A stretch of 64,000 nucleotides of DNA. Source: Candidatus Multivoradales bacterium. GTDB lineage: Bacteria > Acidobacteriota > Thermoanaerobaculia > Multivoradales > JAHEKO01. Made by a program: the position numbers and the translations under genes. The notes below the pieces were generated by a model. That model was given only the letters and a program-made list of their open reading frames with translations. It ran no database searches and had not been told where the DNA came from. Shown in pieces: positions 9,978 through 19,720 of this stretch. Within the stretch, counting starts at the first letter, position 1; the number at the start of each line of letters is the position of its first letter. The stretch lies in NCBI GenBank assembly GCA_965223855.1, contig CBDCXM010000002.1:32001-96000 (forward strand). The letters run 5' to 3'.

Positions 9978-10751
9978 ATGAGCGAGCTTCCCGACATCCT
10001 CGCCCGGATCGTCGAACGGCGGCGCCTGCGGCTCACCGAGGCCGACCGGGCGCCCGAGACCGGCCGACCGGACGCCTACCGACACCGCCCTTTCGCCGCC
10101 GCTCTGTCGGCGGGAGGACGCCGCATCATTGCCGAGGTCAAGATGGGGTCTCCCCGGTTGGGGTCCCTCGTCGGCGTGATCGATCCCGACTCCCAGGCAC
10201 GCGTGTACGCCCAGGAGGGTGCAGCGGCGCTGTCGGTGGTGGTCGAACCGGACTTCTTCCACGGCAGCTACGACCTGCTCGAGAGGTGTCGAGAGGTGTC
10301 CGGCCTGCCGACGATCGCCAAGGACTTCGTCGTCGATCGCCGCCAACTCCTCTGGGCCCGCGACGCCGGTGCCGACGCGGTGCTGCTGATCGCGGCGCTC
10401 CTCGATCGGGAACGACTGACTGAGCTGTCCGCCGAGGCCCGCGAACTCGGCCTCGAGTTCCTGATCGAGACCCACGACCGAGCCGATCTCGAGGTGTTGG
10501 GGGCCGAGCCTTGGCCGCTCGTCGGAGTGAACAACCGGGATCTGAGGACGTTCGACGTCGATCTGGAGAACTCCGAGGCGATGGTGACCGAACTGCCGGC
10601 TTCGGCGGTCAAGGTGGCGGAGAGCGGATTGCGAAGCGCCGCCGACCTCGACCGTCTGGAAGCGGCCGGTTTCGACGCCTTCCTCATCGGCGAGTCGTTG
10701 CTCACTGCGGACGATCCGAGGGCGCTCCTGCGCTCCCTCCTGGGCTGCTAG
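9978..10751 (+). CDS. trpC: Indole-3-glycerol phosphate synthase
   Basis: IIAEVKxxSP, KDF, GVNNRDL, AESG and LIGESL. Confidence 0.95.
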   Translation: MSELPDILARIVERRRLRLTEADRAPETGRPDAYRHRPFAAALSAGGRRIIAEVKMGSPRLGSLVGVIDPDSQARVYAQEGAAALSVVVEPDFFHGSYDLLERCREVSGLPTIAKDFVVDRRQLLWARDAGADAVLLIAALLDRERLTELSAEARELGLEFLIETHDRADLEVLGAEPWPLVGVNNRDLRTFDVDLENSEAMVTELPASAVKVAESGLRSAADLDRLEAAGFDAFLIGESLLTADDPRALLRSLLGC

Positions 10752-10761
10752 ATTGCGCGGC

Positions 10762-11457
10762 ATGGCGAATCGGATCACTCCGGCCGGTCGGGTCAAAGTC
10801 TGCGGCGTGACGCGGGCCGAGGACGCAGTTAGTTGCATGGAGCTGGGTGTCGACTGGCTGGGTCTCAACTTCTGGCCGGGGAGCGTTCGCGCGGTGCCGG
10901 TCGAAAGGGCGAGGGCGATCGCCGATGCGGTGCGGGGTCGCATGGGGCTCGTCGGCGTCTTCGTCGATCACTCGCGCGACGAGGTCGAGTCGATCGCCCG
11001 TGATGTGGGGCTCGACTGGCTGCAGTTCCACGGCGACGAGCCGGACGACTACGTGCGCGCGTTCGGCGACCGGGCTCTCAAGGCGGTCCGGTTGACCGCC
11101 GAGTTGTCCGGGGAACACGCTTCGAGCGGGCAGATCGACTGGGACGCGAGATTCCCGGAGGCGTGGGGCTTCCTGTTCGAGAGCGCGACGGCGGGCGGCT
11201 ATGGCGGCCTCGGGAAGTCGTGGGACTACGGCGCTCTGGCGGGGAGGCGCCCGGCGCGCCCGACCCTGATCGCCGGAGGAATCACTCCCGCTACGGCGGC
11301 GGCAGCGCTCGAATCGAGCGGCGCCGACGGCGTCGACGTGGCGAGCGGCGTCGAGAGCGAGCCGGGGATCAAGGATCCGGCTGCCGTCGCCGAACTGGTC
11401 GCGGCCGTCAGGGCGGTCGCCGGTCCCGGCACGAGTCATCGGAGGGCGGCGAGGTGA
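10762..11457 (+). CDS. trpF: Phosphoribosylanthranilate isomerase
   Basis: VKVCGVT, LQFHGDE, IAGG and DVASGVE. Confidence 0.93.
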   Translation: MANRITPAGRVKVCGVTRAEDAVSCMELGVDWLGLNFWPGSVRAVPVERARAIADAVRGRMGLVGVFVDHSRDEVESIARDVGLDWLQFHGDEPDDYVRAFGDRALKAVRLTAELSGEHASSGQIDWDARFPEAWGFLFESATAGGYGGLGKSWDYGALAGRRPARPTLIAGGITPATAAAALESSGADGVDVASGVESEPGIKDPAAVAELVAAVRAVAGPGTSHRRAAR

Positions 11458-12662
11458 GCGAGGAACGGGTCGGCTACTTCGACGGCTTCGGCGGACGCTA
11501 CGTCCCCGAGACGTTGATGGCGCCGTTGGCCGAGCTGACGACGGCCTACGACCGGTTGTCGCGCAAGCGCGCCTTCCGCCGGCGCCTGGACTCCCTGCTG
11601 ACCCACTATGCCGGCCGACCGACGCCGCTCTATGAGGCGACCCGCCTGAGCGAGCACCTGGGTGGCGCGCGAATCTTCCTCAAGCGCGAGGACCTTCTCC
11701 ACACCGGCGCGCACAAGTTGAACAACGCCCTCGGACAGGCGCTGCTGGCGAAGGAGATGGGCAAGGCGCGGGTGATCGCGGAGACCGGCGCCGGGCAGCA
11801 CGGCGTGGCGACGGCGACCGCGGCGGCGCTCTTGGGGCTCGACTGCACGGTCTACATGGGCGAAGAGGACATGGATCGCCAGCGACCGAACGTCTACCGG
11901 ATGCGTCTGCTGGGAGCGCGGGTGGAGGGGGTGTCGGCGGGCAGCCGCACCCTCAAGGACGCCATCAACGAAGCGCTGCGCGACTGGGTCACCCATGTCG
12001 AAGGGACCCACTACGTCCTCGGTTCGGTCCTCGGACCGGATCCCTACCCGCGCATGGTTCGTGACTTCCACCGGGTGATCGGCCTCGAAGCGAGGAAGCA
12101 GCTCAAGAAGCAGGCGAAAAGGAGCACGCCCGATCTGGCGATCGCCTGCGTCGGCGGTGGCAGCAATGCCATCGGACTCTTCTCGGCGTTCCTGGAGGAT
12201 CCGGCGGTGCGGCTGATCGGCGTCGAGGCCGGCGGCGTCGGCGACGGCGAGGGTGAGCACGCGGCGCGCTTCCACGACGGGCGGGTCGGCGTGCTGCACG
12301 GGACCCGCACCCTGCTGCTGCAGGACGAGGACGGACAGATCCGGTCGACCCACTCGGTTTCGGCGGGACTCGACTACCCGGCGGTCGGTCCCGAGCACGC
12401 CAGCCTCGAACAGCAGGGGAGGGTGTCCTATACGGTGGCGCGCGACGAAGAGGCCGTAGCCGCCTTCCACCTGCTGGCGGAGTACGAGGGGATTCTGCCG
12501 GCGCTGGAGAGCGCGCATGCGCTGGCCGAGGCGGCGAAGCGGGCCCCGGACCTGTCGGACGATCGGATCATTCTCGTCAACCTGTCGGGGCGCGGAGACA
12601 AGGACCTCGAGTCGGTGAGAGCGTGGGATCGAGAGCGGTCGGAGGCGGGCGGCGATGAGTGA
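11454..12662 (+). CDS. trpB: Tryptophan synthase beta chain
   Basis: [26 protein letters not shown] and [13 protein letters not shown] overlap with trpF. Confidence 0.97.
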   Translation: MSEERVGYFDGFGGRYVPETLMAPLAELTTAYDRLSRKRAFRRRLDSLLTHYAGRPTPLYEATRLSEHLGGARIFLKREDLLHTGAHKLNNALGQALLAKEMGKARVIAETGAGQHGVATATAAALLGLDCTVYMGEEDMDRQRPNVYRMRLLGARVEGVSAGSRTLKDAINEALRDWVTHVEGTHYVLGSVLGPDPYPRMVRDFHRVIGLEARKQLKKQAKRSTPDLAIACVGGGSNAIGLFSAFLEDPAVRLIGVEAGGVGDGEGEHAARFHDGRVGVLHGTRTLLLQDEDGQIRSTHSVSAGLDYPAVGPEHASLEQQGRVSYTVARDEEAVAAFHLLAEYEGILPALESAHALAEAAKRAPDLSDDRIILVNLSGRGDKDLESVRAWDRERSEAGGDE

Positions 12663-13497
12663 GTTCGAACGTGTCTTCGAGCGCTGTGCACGGGAGAAGA
12701 GAGCGGCATTCATCCCTTACCTGACGGCGGGAGATCCCGACCTCGAGACCAGCGTCGGGCTCATCGACGCCGTCGTCGAGGCGGGGGCCGACATCCTCGA
12801 GCTCGGTGTGCCCTTCAGCGACCCGATCGCCGACGGGCCGGTGAACCAGCGCTCCGCGGTTCGGGCGCTCCGGAGCGGCACGACCGTCGCCGGCGTGCTC
12901 GAGCTGGTGGCGAAGGTGCGGGAGCGTCACGATCTGCCGATCGTGCTCTTCTCCTACCTCAACCCCCTGCTCGCACGGGGGATCGACACCTTCGCCCGGA
13001 GGGCGGCCGCCTCGGGCGTCGATGGGGTGCTCTGTCTCGACCTGCCGCCGGAGGAGGCCGCGTCAGGCAGCTCTGGCAGCTCAGGCGGCTATCTCGAGGC
13101 GATGCGCGCCGCCGGGGTGGCCACGGTCTTTCTCCTGGCACCGACCAGTACGAGGGAACGCATCCGACGGGTGAACGAGGTCAGCGAGGGCTTCGTCTAC
13201 TACGTCGCCCGAACCGGAGTGACCGGCGATCGCAGCGAGCTGCCCCCGGGCCTAGTGAAGGAGGTCAGGAGGCTGCGGCGCCGACTCGATCTGCCGCTGG
13301 CGGTGGGATTCGGCCTCTCGACCCCGGAGCACATGGCGGCCGTTGGTTCGGTGGCGCAGGGGGTGGTCGTCGGCAGCGCGCTGGTCAGGCTGGTCGAGCA
13401 GCACGGGCGCCAGGCCGCGCAACCGCTGAGGGAGGCGGCCGGTGCGTTGCGAGCGGGCCTCGAAGCGCGCGGGCGCAGGGGAAGGTCGGCCCGATGA
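12655..13497 (+). CDS. trpA: Tryptophan synthase alpha chain
   Basis: [22 protein letters not shown] and VVGSA. Confidence 0.96.
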   Translation: MSEFERVFERCAREKRAAFIPYLTAGDPDLETSVGLIDAVVEAGADILELGVPFSDPIADGPVNQRSAVRALRSGTTVAGVLELVAKVRERHDLPIVLFSYLNPLLARGIDTFARRAAASGVDGVLCLDLPPEEAASGSSGSSGGYLEAMRAAGVATVFLLAPTSTRERIRRVNEVSEGFVYYVARTGVTGDRSELPPGLVKEVRRLRRRLDLPLAVGFGLSTPEHMAAVGSVAQGVVVGSALVRLVEQHGRQAAQPLREAAGALRAGLEARGRRGRSAR

Positions 13498-14144
13498 GCG
13501 ACTTCGAGCTCGGGCATGTCGCCAGCCGGGTCCGTGGCCGCTACCTGCTGCGGCGGGCCGATGCCGCAGAGGCGCCGCTCCTGATCGCCTTTCACGGCTA
13601 CGGCGAGGACGCCGCTTCGATCCTCGAGGCGGCGCTCGAGATCCGCGGCGTCGATCGCTGGCATCTGGCCGCGATCCAGGCGTTGAGTCGCTTCTACCGG
13701 CGCAACGGCGACGTCGTCGCGAGCTGGATGACGAAGCAGGATCGTGAGCTGGCGATCGAGGACAACCTCGCCTATGTTCGCGCCTCGCGGCAGGCGATCG
13801 GCGAGGCGATCGGCAGCGACGCCCCGGCGGTCTTTCTCGGCTTCTCGCAGGGTACGGCCATGACCTACCGGGCGGCGCTCGATGCCGGCTCGGCCTGCCG
13901 GGGGATCGTCGCTCTGGCCGGCGACGTCCCGGCCGAGCTGGCCGAGGCGAAGGGCTGGACGGCCCCTCCGGTCCTCATCGGCCGCGGGACCGAGGACGAG
14001 TGGTACAACGAGGCGAAGTGCGAGCGCGATCAGTCGCTGCTCGAGGGGCTCGGGTCGGCCGTCGAGACCTGCGTCTTCGACGGCGGGCACGTCTGGACCG
14101 ACGTCTTCCGGCGCCGGGTGACGGCGTTTCTCTCAGGCCTCTGA
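13494..14144 (+). CDS. Phospholipase/carboxylesterase-family alpha/beta hydrolase
   Basis: FHGYG, GFSQG nucleophile motif and GGH. ATGA overlap with trpA. Confidence 0.85.
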   Translation: MSDFELGHVASRVRGRYLLRRADAAEAPLLIAFHGYGEDAASILEAALEIRGVDRWHLAAIQALSRFYRRNGDVVASWMTKQDRELAIEDNLAYVRASRQAIGEAIGSDAPAVFLGFSQGTAMTYRAALDAGSACRGIVALAGDVPAELAEAKGWTAPPVLIGRGTEDEWYNEAKCERDQSLLEGLGSAVETCVFDGGHVWTDVFRRRVTAFLSGL

Positions 14145-14148
14145 CTTC

Positions 14149-14337
14149 CTGTCGGTAGTCTGGCCTCGAGGTTGCCGACAGTACTTGCGGGGCACTACCT
14201 GAGAAGACCGCGAAGGGCCTGCCCGAAAGGCTCCGGGTAAGGAGGCGGCAGCCCGACCAGCTAGGTTGCTGAAGCGGAGGTCAGCCTGCTGCGCCCTCGT
14301 GAAACCCACGCTTTTGGGCGTGGAAGGGGAGGGCGTA
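14149..14337 (+). ncRNA. Candidate structured ncRNA (omega-RNA / IS605 right-end-like)
   Basis: Four to five nested or consecutive stems with G-U pairs that favour the + strand. It lies between convergent genes with no credible ORF. Confidence 0.45.
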
Positions 14338-14362
14338 CGTTCTCTTGCGATCCTGCGCCGCT

Positions 14363-14473
14363 TCAGTCGTCGGAGGGCGGCGGCGCCTTGAGGGTCCGTG
14401 CGAGACAGTAGCCGGCCAGCGCAGTCACGCTGCCCATGCTGACGATCATGAAGAGCTTGGCGAAAGGTTCCAT
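14363..14473 (-). CDS. Small membrane protein, MetS-like NSS transporter small subunit (36 aa; not in ORF track)
   Basis: GGAG RBS, then MEPFAKLFMIVSMGSVTALAGYCLARTLKAPPPSDD with a single TM helix, directly downstream of the NSS transporter. Confidence 0.7.
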   Translation of the reverse strand: MEPFAKLFMIVSMGSVTALAGYCLARTLKAPPPSDD

Positions 14474-14508
14474 CTCGATCTCCAGTCGGCGGGTTCAGGG
14501 CCGGGCTA

Positions 14509-16047
14509 TCAGGAAAGGCCTTTGCGGTCCCAGGAACGCTTGATGAGGTACATCCCGATGGCGGCCATCGCCAGCATCAGGACACGTGCGGTCCAGAGGT
14601 AGGGGACATTCTCCGGATCGACCCCCTCCATCTGGAGCTTGGGGATCGCCTCCGTGTATCCCCACCAGCCGAGAAGGCCGAACAGGAAGACCGGGGTCAC
14701 CCACTTCATCACCGGCTTGTAGAAGGCCGGGATCCGCAGGTCGGCTCCCTTGTGGAGCTCGTCCCAGCCGCGGTTGATGCCGAAGATCCAGGCGAAGAGG
14801 ACGATCTCGATGGCCGCAAAGACGACGAGACCGAAGGTGCCGGCCCAGTAGTCCCACTCGTCGAGCACTCCCCGCTGCAGGAAGACCACGTGGAAGAGGC
14901 CGAGGCCGATGCCGAGCGCGGTGACCGCTCCGGCCGCCTTCTTGCGGGTGAAGCCGACCTCCTCCTGGAGGAACGAGATGGTGGGGCTCGCCAGGGCGAC
15001 GCAGGAGGTGATGCCGGCGATGAACAGGAGGAAGAACCAGAGGAACCCCCAGATCTCGGCGCCCGGGAAGCCCTGGAAGACGGATGCCATGGCGACGATG
15101 CCGAGATCGAAGCTGCCCGCCTGGGCGATCGCGGTCGCACCGGCGACGCCGAAGAAGGTGACCGCTGCCGGGATGGCGATCGTGCCGCCGAGGACGACCT
15201 CGGCGAACTCGTTGGTCGCCGCGGTCGAGAGGCCGGTCAGGGTGACGTCGTCCTTTGCCCGCAGGTACGAGGAGTAGGTCTGGATCGAGCCCATGCCGAT
15301 CGACAGGGTGAAGAACATCTGACCCGCCGCGGCGATCCAGACCCTGGACTGGCCGAGACTCGACCAGTCGGGGTTCCAGATGAAGTTGAGTCCGTCCGTG
15401 GGCGAGGCCGCCTGCGGCTCCATCGTCAGGATGCGCGCGACGAGGACGATCGCCAGCACGAAGAGGAGCGGCACGCCGTAGAGCGCCAACTTTTCGATGC
15501 CGCCGCTGATGCCGCGGGCGAGGATCCAGCCGAGGAACACCATCGTGATGGCGAAGAAGAGCACCGGCAGGTAACTGGCGACCGGCGAATCGCCGATGTT
15601 CTGGTAGTCGGAGAGGAAGGCGCGCACCTGCTCGGCCTTCGACTGCGGATCGCCGGTGCCGAAGTACTTGCCGGTCAGCGAGAAGACGCTGAAGCCGAGC
15701 ATCCAGGAGGCGATGTAGGTGTAGTAGATGAAGACGATCAGGGGCATGATCACGCCGAGAATGCCGAGGTACTTGGCCCACTTCTTCTTGCGGTCGGTGA
15801 GGATGTCGAACATCCCGGGCACCGTGCCGTGGCCGTGCTGGCCGCCGTATCGACCCACCCCCCACTCGATCCACATCATCGGGATCCCGAGCAGCAGGAA
15901 CGAGATGAAGTACGGGATCATGAAGGTCCCGCCGCCGTTCTGTGCCGCCTGCACCGGAAAGCGCAGGAAGTTGCCCAGACCCACGGCGTTGCCCGCCATG
16001 GCCAGGACCAGGCCGATACGCGTACCCCACTGCTCCTTTTGGCTCAT
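14509..16047 (-). CDS. Sodium-dependent transporter, NSS/SNF family (LeuT-like)
   Basis: AGNAVGLGNFLRFP, NGGGTFMIPY and QMFFTLSIG, with about 12 TM segments. Confidence 0.95.
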   Translation of the reverse strand: MSQKEQWGTRIGLVLAMAGNAVGLGNFLRFPVQAAQNGGGTFMIPYFISFLLLGIPMMWIEWGVGRYGGQHGHGTVPGMFDILTDRKKKWAKYLGILGVIMPLIVFIYYTYIASWMLGFSVFSLTGKYFGTGDPQSKAEQVRAFLSDYQNIGDSPVASYLPVLFFAITMVFLGWILARGISGGIEKLALYGVPLLFVLAIVLVARILTMEPQAASPTDGLNFIWNPDWSSLGQSRVWIAAAGQMFFTLSIGMGSIQTYSSYLRAKDDVTLTGLSTAATNEFAEVVLGGTIAIPAAVTFFGVAGATAIAQAGSFDLGIVAMASVFQGFPGAEIWGFLWFFLLFIAGITSCVALASPTISFLQEEVGFTRKKAAGAVTALGIGLGLFHVVFLQRGVLDEWDYWAGTFGLVVFAAIEIVLFAWIFGINRGWDELHKGADLRIPAFYKPVMKWVTPVFLFGLLGWWGYTEAIPKLQMEGVDPENVPYLWTARVLMLAMAAIGMYLIKRSWDRKGLS

Positions 16048-16101
16048 CTCCAAAGGTCTCCTCGGTCGATCCCCTGAATGTGCTGGGTGGAAGCTGGCGG
16101 C

Positions 16102-16130
16102 AGGCTACCGGCGCGGTTCGGGGGTGTCAA
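16102..16130 (-). promoter_or_regulatory. Sigma70-type promoter for the NSS transporter
   Basis: TTGACA-N17-TAGCCT on the minus strand, about 55 nt upstream of the ATG. Confidence 0.6.
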
Positions 16131-16307
16131 GAAATCCCCGGCGACAGCTCCTCGAAGGCCTTGTCTTCCCGGTCTGGACGGGCGGCGTCGGGGTCGAGTG
16201 CCCGAGTCTGCAACCATGCCGGTCATTCCGACGTTAGAAACCTCGGAGAGGAGGCGAGCCGGCTGCGCCTCGACCGGTACGCGAACGAACGCGACAGGAG
16301 CTTCACG

Positions 16308-17666
16308 ATGGGCAGGATGTTTCAAGCGTCTCTGGTGGTCGTTACGGGGCTCACGCTCCTCGGCGGCTGCAACGGAGCGGATCGACCGCCGGCTGCCCCC
16401 GGCCACTCTTCGCCGGCTCCCGACGGCCTCTCGGCTCGGATCGACGCCTTCGTGGAGCCGTTCGTCGATCTGGCCATGTTCGATGGGACGATCCTCATCG
16501 AACAGGCCGGTGAGACGTTGTTCAAGAAGTCCTACGGCTTCTCCAACCACGAACTAGGGGTGCGCCACGATGCCGACACGCGGTTTCGCATCGCCTCGGT
16601 GTCGAAGACGGTGACGGATGTCGCCGTCGCCCGCCTGGTGCAGGAGGGGCGGCTCGAGCTCGATGCGCCACTCGCTCGCTTTCTGCCCGACTTTCCTGCA
16701 GCCGAGACCATCCGCGTTCGCCAGCTCCTCGACTACACGTCGGGCATTGCGCACACCAACAGTCAGCCGTGGGGCGACGGCAGCCGGTCGCTGACGCTCG
16801 ACGAAATCGTCGCGCGTCTCGCCAAGCTGCCGCTCGACTTCGAACCGGGGAGCGACCGCCGCTACAGCAACGGCGGCTACGCGGTCGCCGCCAGGGTCGT
16901 GGAGGTCGTCTCCGGGAGCAGCTACGGCGAGGCGATGGAGGAGCTGGTCTTCGCCCCTCTCGGCATGACGACGAGCGGTCATCTGGACGATGCGCGCCGG
17001 GTGATTCCCGGGATGGCGACCGGCTACGAACCCGGGCCGGCCGTCGGCGAACGTCGCCACGCCCGCTTCTACGCCGCCGAGACCCGCCCCGGAGGAGGAT
17101 CCCTCTACTCGACGGCGCGGGATCTCCTGCGCTTCGCACGCGGCGTCTTCCGCGACGGTTTCGTGCGCGACGACCTCCTCGCTTCGGTCCTCGGCCACGA
17201 CGAGCCGGTCTTCCTGGGGCAGGGACGATCGCCCGGGTTCGTCTGCAAGCTGATGTACGACTCCGAACACGATCGGATCGTCGTCAGCGTCGCCAACAGC
17301 TACGCGGTGCCCGACGGCTGGGCGGCCACACTCGCCGACCTCGCTGCCGAGGGAGGCGGTACCGCCTCGTGGCTCGATTTCGAAGTGAGTCGCTCCGGCG
17401 CGTTGGACCGGTCGCTGGAGGGCCGCTACGAGAACTCTTTCGGCGGTGAGCTGGTGGTCGAGAGGTCGGATGACGGCACGCTGGTCGTGCTGGACTCGGA
17501 TCGCTCCTCTGCGACCGCGCTCGTCCCGCTGACCGACGGCGGATTTCTGATGCCGCTCTACTTTCAGCGGTGCGAGCAGGCGGCAGGAGGCGAGGTGAAC
17601 TGCCGGATCCTGTCGGGCAACCCGCGCTACGACAGCAGCTGGACGCCGCTGCCGAGCCGAGGATGA
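16308..17666 (+). CDS. Serine hydrolase, beta-lactamase class C-like lipoprotein
   Basis: AGGAG RBS, lipobox-like LLGGC, SxxK motif (IASVSK) and YSN. Confidence 0.88.
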   Translation: MGRMFQASLVVVTGLTLLGGCNGADRPPAAPGHSSPAPDGLSARIDAFVEPFVDLAMFDGTILIEQAGETLFKKSYGFSNHELGVRHDADTRFRIASVSKTVTDVAVARLVQEGRLELDAPLARFLPDFPAAETIRVRQLLDYTSGIAHTNSQPWGDGSRSLTLDEIVARLAKLPLDFEPGSDRRYSNGGYAVAARVVEVVSGSSYGEAMEELVFAPLGMTTSGHLDDARRVIPGMATGYEPGPAVGERRHARFYAAETRPGGGSLYSTARDLLRFARGVFRDGFVRDDLLASVLGHDEPVFLGQGRSPGFVCKLMYDSEHDRIVVSVANSYAVPDGWAATLADLAAEGGGTASWLDFEVSRSGALDRSLEGRYENSFGGELVVERSDDGTLVVLDSDRSSATALVPLTDGGFLMPLYFQRCEQAAGGEVNCRILSGNPRYDSSWTPLPSRG

Positions 17667-18265
17667 CGGCTCCCGATCTCCTGAGCCTCTTCGGGCGGCC
17701 CGATCGCGTTCGTCAGCTGGAGCGCGGCGAGTACCTCTTCCGCCGTGACGACCCCGCCTCGGGCTGTTTTCGCCTGGAGGCTGGGCGGGCGAGGCTCGTC
17801 AGGGCTCATGCCTCCGGCCATGAGCTCACTCTGCACGAGCTCTACGAGGGCTCGACCTTCGCCGAAGCGGCGGTCTTCGGCCGTCGCTTTCATTGCGACT
17901 GCCGTGCCGACAGGGCGAGTCGCGTCGCCGTCTTCGATCGCCGGCGGGTGCGATCGGCGCTCGAGAGCACCCCGGGACTGGCGCTCGAGTGGGCCCGGCA
18001 TCTGGCCCGACAGGTGAGAGACCAACGGGCGCTGCTCGAGATCCGCGCGATCCCGTCGGCTCGCGAGAGGGTGCTGAGCTATCTGGAGTGGCGAAGCGGA
18101 GGGACGCCGGCCGAGGTCGAGCTGACCTCCCTGCGCGCACTCGCGACGGCTCTCGGGCTTGCCGACGAGACCGTCTATCGGACGGTGCGGAGGCTCGTCG
18201 AAGACCGCCTGATCGAGCGCGACAGGAGTCGACTGCGGCTCGTCGGTACGTCCCCGGCAGGCTGA
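17663..18265 (+). CDS. Crp/Fnr-family transcriptional regulator
   Basis: cNMP-like domain (GEYLFRRDD, FAEAA, FHCDC) and C-terminal HTH (LGLADETVYR). Confidence 0.9.
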   Translation: MTAPDLLSLFGRPDRVRQLERGEYLFRRDDPASGCFRLEAGRARLVRAHASGHELTLHELYEGSTFAEAAVFGRRFHCDCRADRASRVAVFDRRRVRSALESTPGLALEWARHLARQVRDQRALLEIRAIPSARERVLSYLEWRSGGTPAEVELTSLRALATALGLADETVYRTVRRLVEDRLIERDRSRLRLVGTSPAG

Positions 18266-18328
18266 GACCCTGCTCGCGGCGGCCGCGAGCGGGCGGCTGA
18301 GTGGTCTCCGACGCCGGCACATGCGATC

Positions 18329-18370
18329 CTGATCGAGGTCATAGGTGCTGCGCGGAGCTGCTGGCATCGT
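18329..18370 (+). promoter_or_regulatory. FNR-like box and class II promoter upstream of the His-rich protein
   Basis: CTGAT-CGAG-GTCAT (18329-18342), centred about -41.5 relative to TGn-CATCGT (-10 at 18365-18370). Confidence 0.5.
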
Positions 18371-18422
18371 CCCCGGTGCCGGCGCGAGGGTCGCGCAGGC
18401 GTTCTCAGAGAGGAGCGAGTCG

Positions 18423-18941
18423 ATGCGGAGAAAGGTACTGGCGGGATGGATCGGAGTCGTGGGGTTGCTGTCGGCGGGGGTAGCTCGCTCCGAGGGCAGA
18501 GCGGAAGTGGGGCAGAGTGCCTTCGCTGCGATCGCAGAGGCGGTCGCGAGCCTCGACGCCGAGCCGGCGACCGACTGGGAGGCGGTCAGCGTCCTCTCGC
18601 TCCGTGAGCACCTGATCGACATGGAGCAGGTCGTCCTCCGAACGGCCGTCGAGGAGGCGCCGATTCCGGGCGGCGTGAAAGTGACGGTGCGTGGGGAGGG
18701 GCGGGCGCTCGAGGCGCTTCGCAGGATGGTCCCGATGCACGTCCACATGATGCGTGGCGAGGGCGCCCCCGCCGTCGACGTCGAGCCGCTGGCGGACGGC
18801 TTCGTGCTCGAACTGACAACCGAGGGGGAGCGGGAGATCGCTCGCCTGCGCGGTCTCGGATTCTTCGGCTTCCTGGCCGCGGGCCACCATCACCGTCGTC
18901 ACCATTGGGCGCTGGTCTCCGGAGCGCCGATGCACCACTGA
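18423..18941 (+). CDS. Secreted His-rich hypothetical protein
   Basis: GAGGAG RBS, signal peptide, GQSAFAAIAE…LREHLIDM and C-terminal GHHHRRHH…MHH. Confidence 0.75.
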   Translation: MRRKVLAGWIGVVGLLSAGVARSEGRAEVGQSAFAAIAEAVASLDAEPATDWEAVSVLSLREHLIDMEQVVLRTAVEEAPIPGGVKVTVRGEGRALEALRRMVPMHVHMMRGEGAPAVDVEPLADGFVLELTTEGEREIARLRGLGFFGFLAAGHHHRRHHWALVSGAPMHH

Positions 18942-18957
18942 GCGGACCGCAGCTCTC

Positions 18958-19692
18958 TCAGCCCTGTCGTGCAACCGTGTCGGGGGTCGCTCCCGCCATC
19001 GCGGGCAGGGCCCCGAATCGCCGTTGGCGAGCGTGGAACTGCGCGAGAGCTGCGTCCAGATCCGCGAGAGCCAGGTCCGGCCACAGGGCCGGGAGGAAGA
19101 CGAGTTCCGCGTAGGCCGACTCCCACAGGAGGAAGTCGCTCAGTCTCATCTCGCCCGAAGTCCTGATCACGAGATCGACCGGAGGCGTCGCCGAGCGACC
19201 GTGAATCGCGGTCGCGAGCGCCGCCTCGAACGAAGGCCGATGCGCTCCCCGGTGCGTGAGGCGAGCGGCGCGGCGCAGAGCCTGCCGAGCCGAGTAGTCG
19301 ACGGCCAGTCTCAGGTCGAGCCGGGTGCCCGAGGCGGTGCTGCGCTCGGCCTCTTCGATCCTGCGCACGAGGCGGCCGGCGAGGCGATCCCGCCGGCCGA
19401 TGACCTCGAGTCGAACCCCCTGTTCGCGGCAGCTCACCACCTCGGTGCGGAGGAAGCGCTCGAGCAGAGCCATGAGCGCGGCGACCTCCGCTGCCGGCCG
19501 CTGCCAGTTGTCGGCGGAGAATGCGTAGACCGTCAGGGTGCGAATGCCGCGCTCGGGAGCCGCCTCGACGATCCGGCGCAGGACCTCGACCCCCCGCTCG
19601 TGGCCGGCGCTGCGGCACAGTCCGCGGTGCTCGGCCCACCGGCCGTTGCCGTCGGGTATCACGGCGACATGGAGTATAGAAGTACTTGTCAT
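18958..19692 (-). CDS. uppS: Cis-prenyltransferase (UppS-like polyprenyl diphosphate synthase)
   Basis: HVAVIPDGNGRWA, YAFSADNWQRP and IRTSGEMRLSDFLLWE. Confidence 0.92.
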   Translation of the reverse strand: MTSTSILHVAVIPDGNGRWAEHRGLCRSAGHERGVEVLRRIVEAAPERGIRTLTVYAFSADNWQRPAAEVAALMALLERFLRTEVVSCREQGVRLEVIGRRDRLAGRLVRRIEEAERSTASGTRLDLRLAVDYSARQALRRAARLTHRGAHRPSFEAALATAIHGRSATPPVDLVIRTSGEMRLSDFLLWESAYAELVFLPALWPDLALADLDAALAQFHARQRRFGALPAMAGATPDTVARQG

Positions 19693-19700
19693 TGCAAAGT
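19667..19700. promoter_or_regulatory. Putative operator (ACTT-N9-AAGT) overlapping the uppS start
   Basis: ACTTGTCATTGCAAAGT (19684-19700), preceded by a degenerate copy. It is an AT-rich island, and a similar site lies at 20771. Confidence 0.5.
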
Positions 19701-19720
19701 ATATCTCCAAAAAAGGGGGA

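Noticed and set aside
13060-13090. 9-bp repeat insertion (SGS) in trpA, and a 12-bp duplication (VVTQ) near 52960
   Set aside because: Small in-frame slippage events in probable loops with no wider significance.
14125-14200. Minus-strand similarity to cobalamin riboswitch fragments (GCCCCGCAA…AGTCAGAGGCCTG)
   Set aside because: The GGGAA/GGTG core is missing, it would point antisense into the esterase, and G-U pairing favours the + strand.
14195-14235. Possible hammerhead ribozyme core
   Set aside because: CTGAGAA does not match CUGANGA, and the stem arrangement does not fit.
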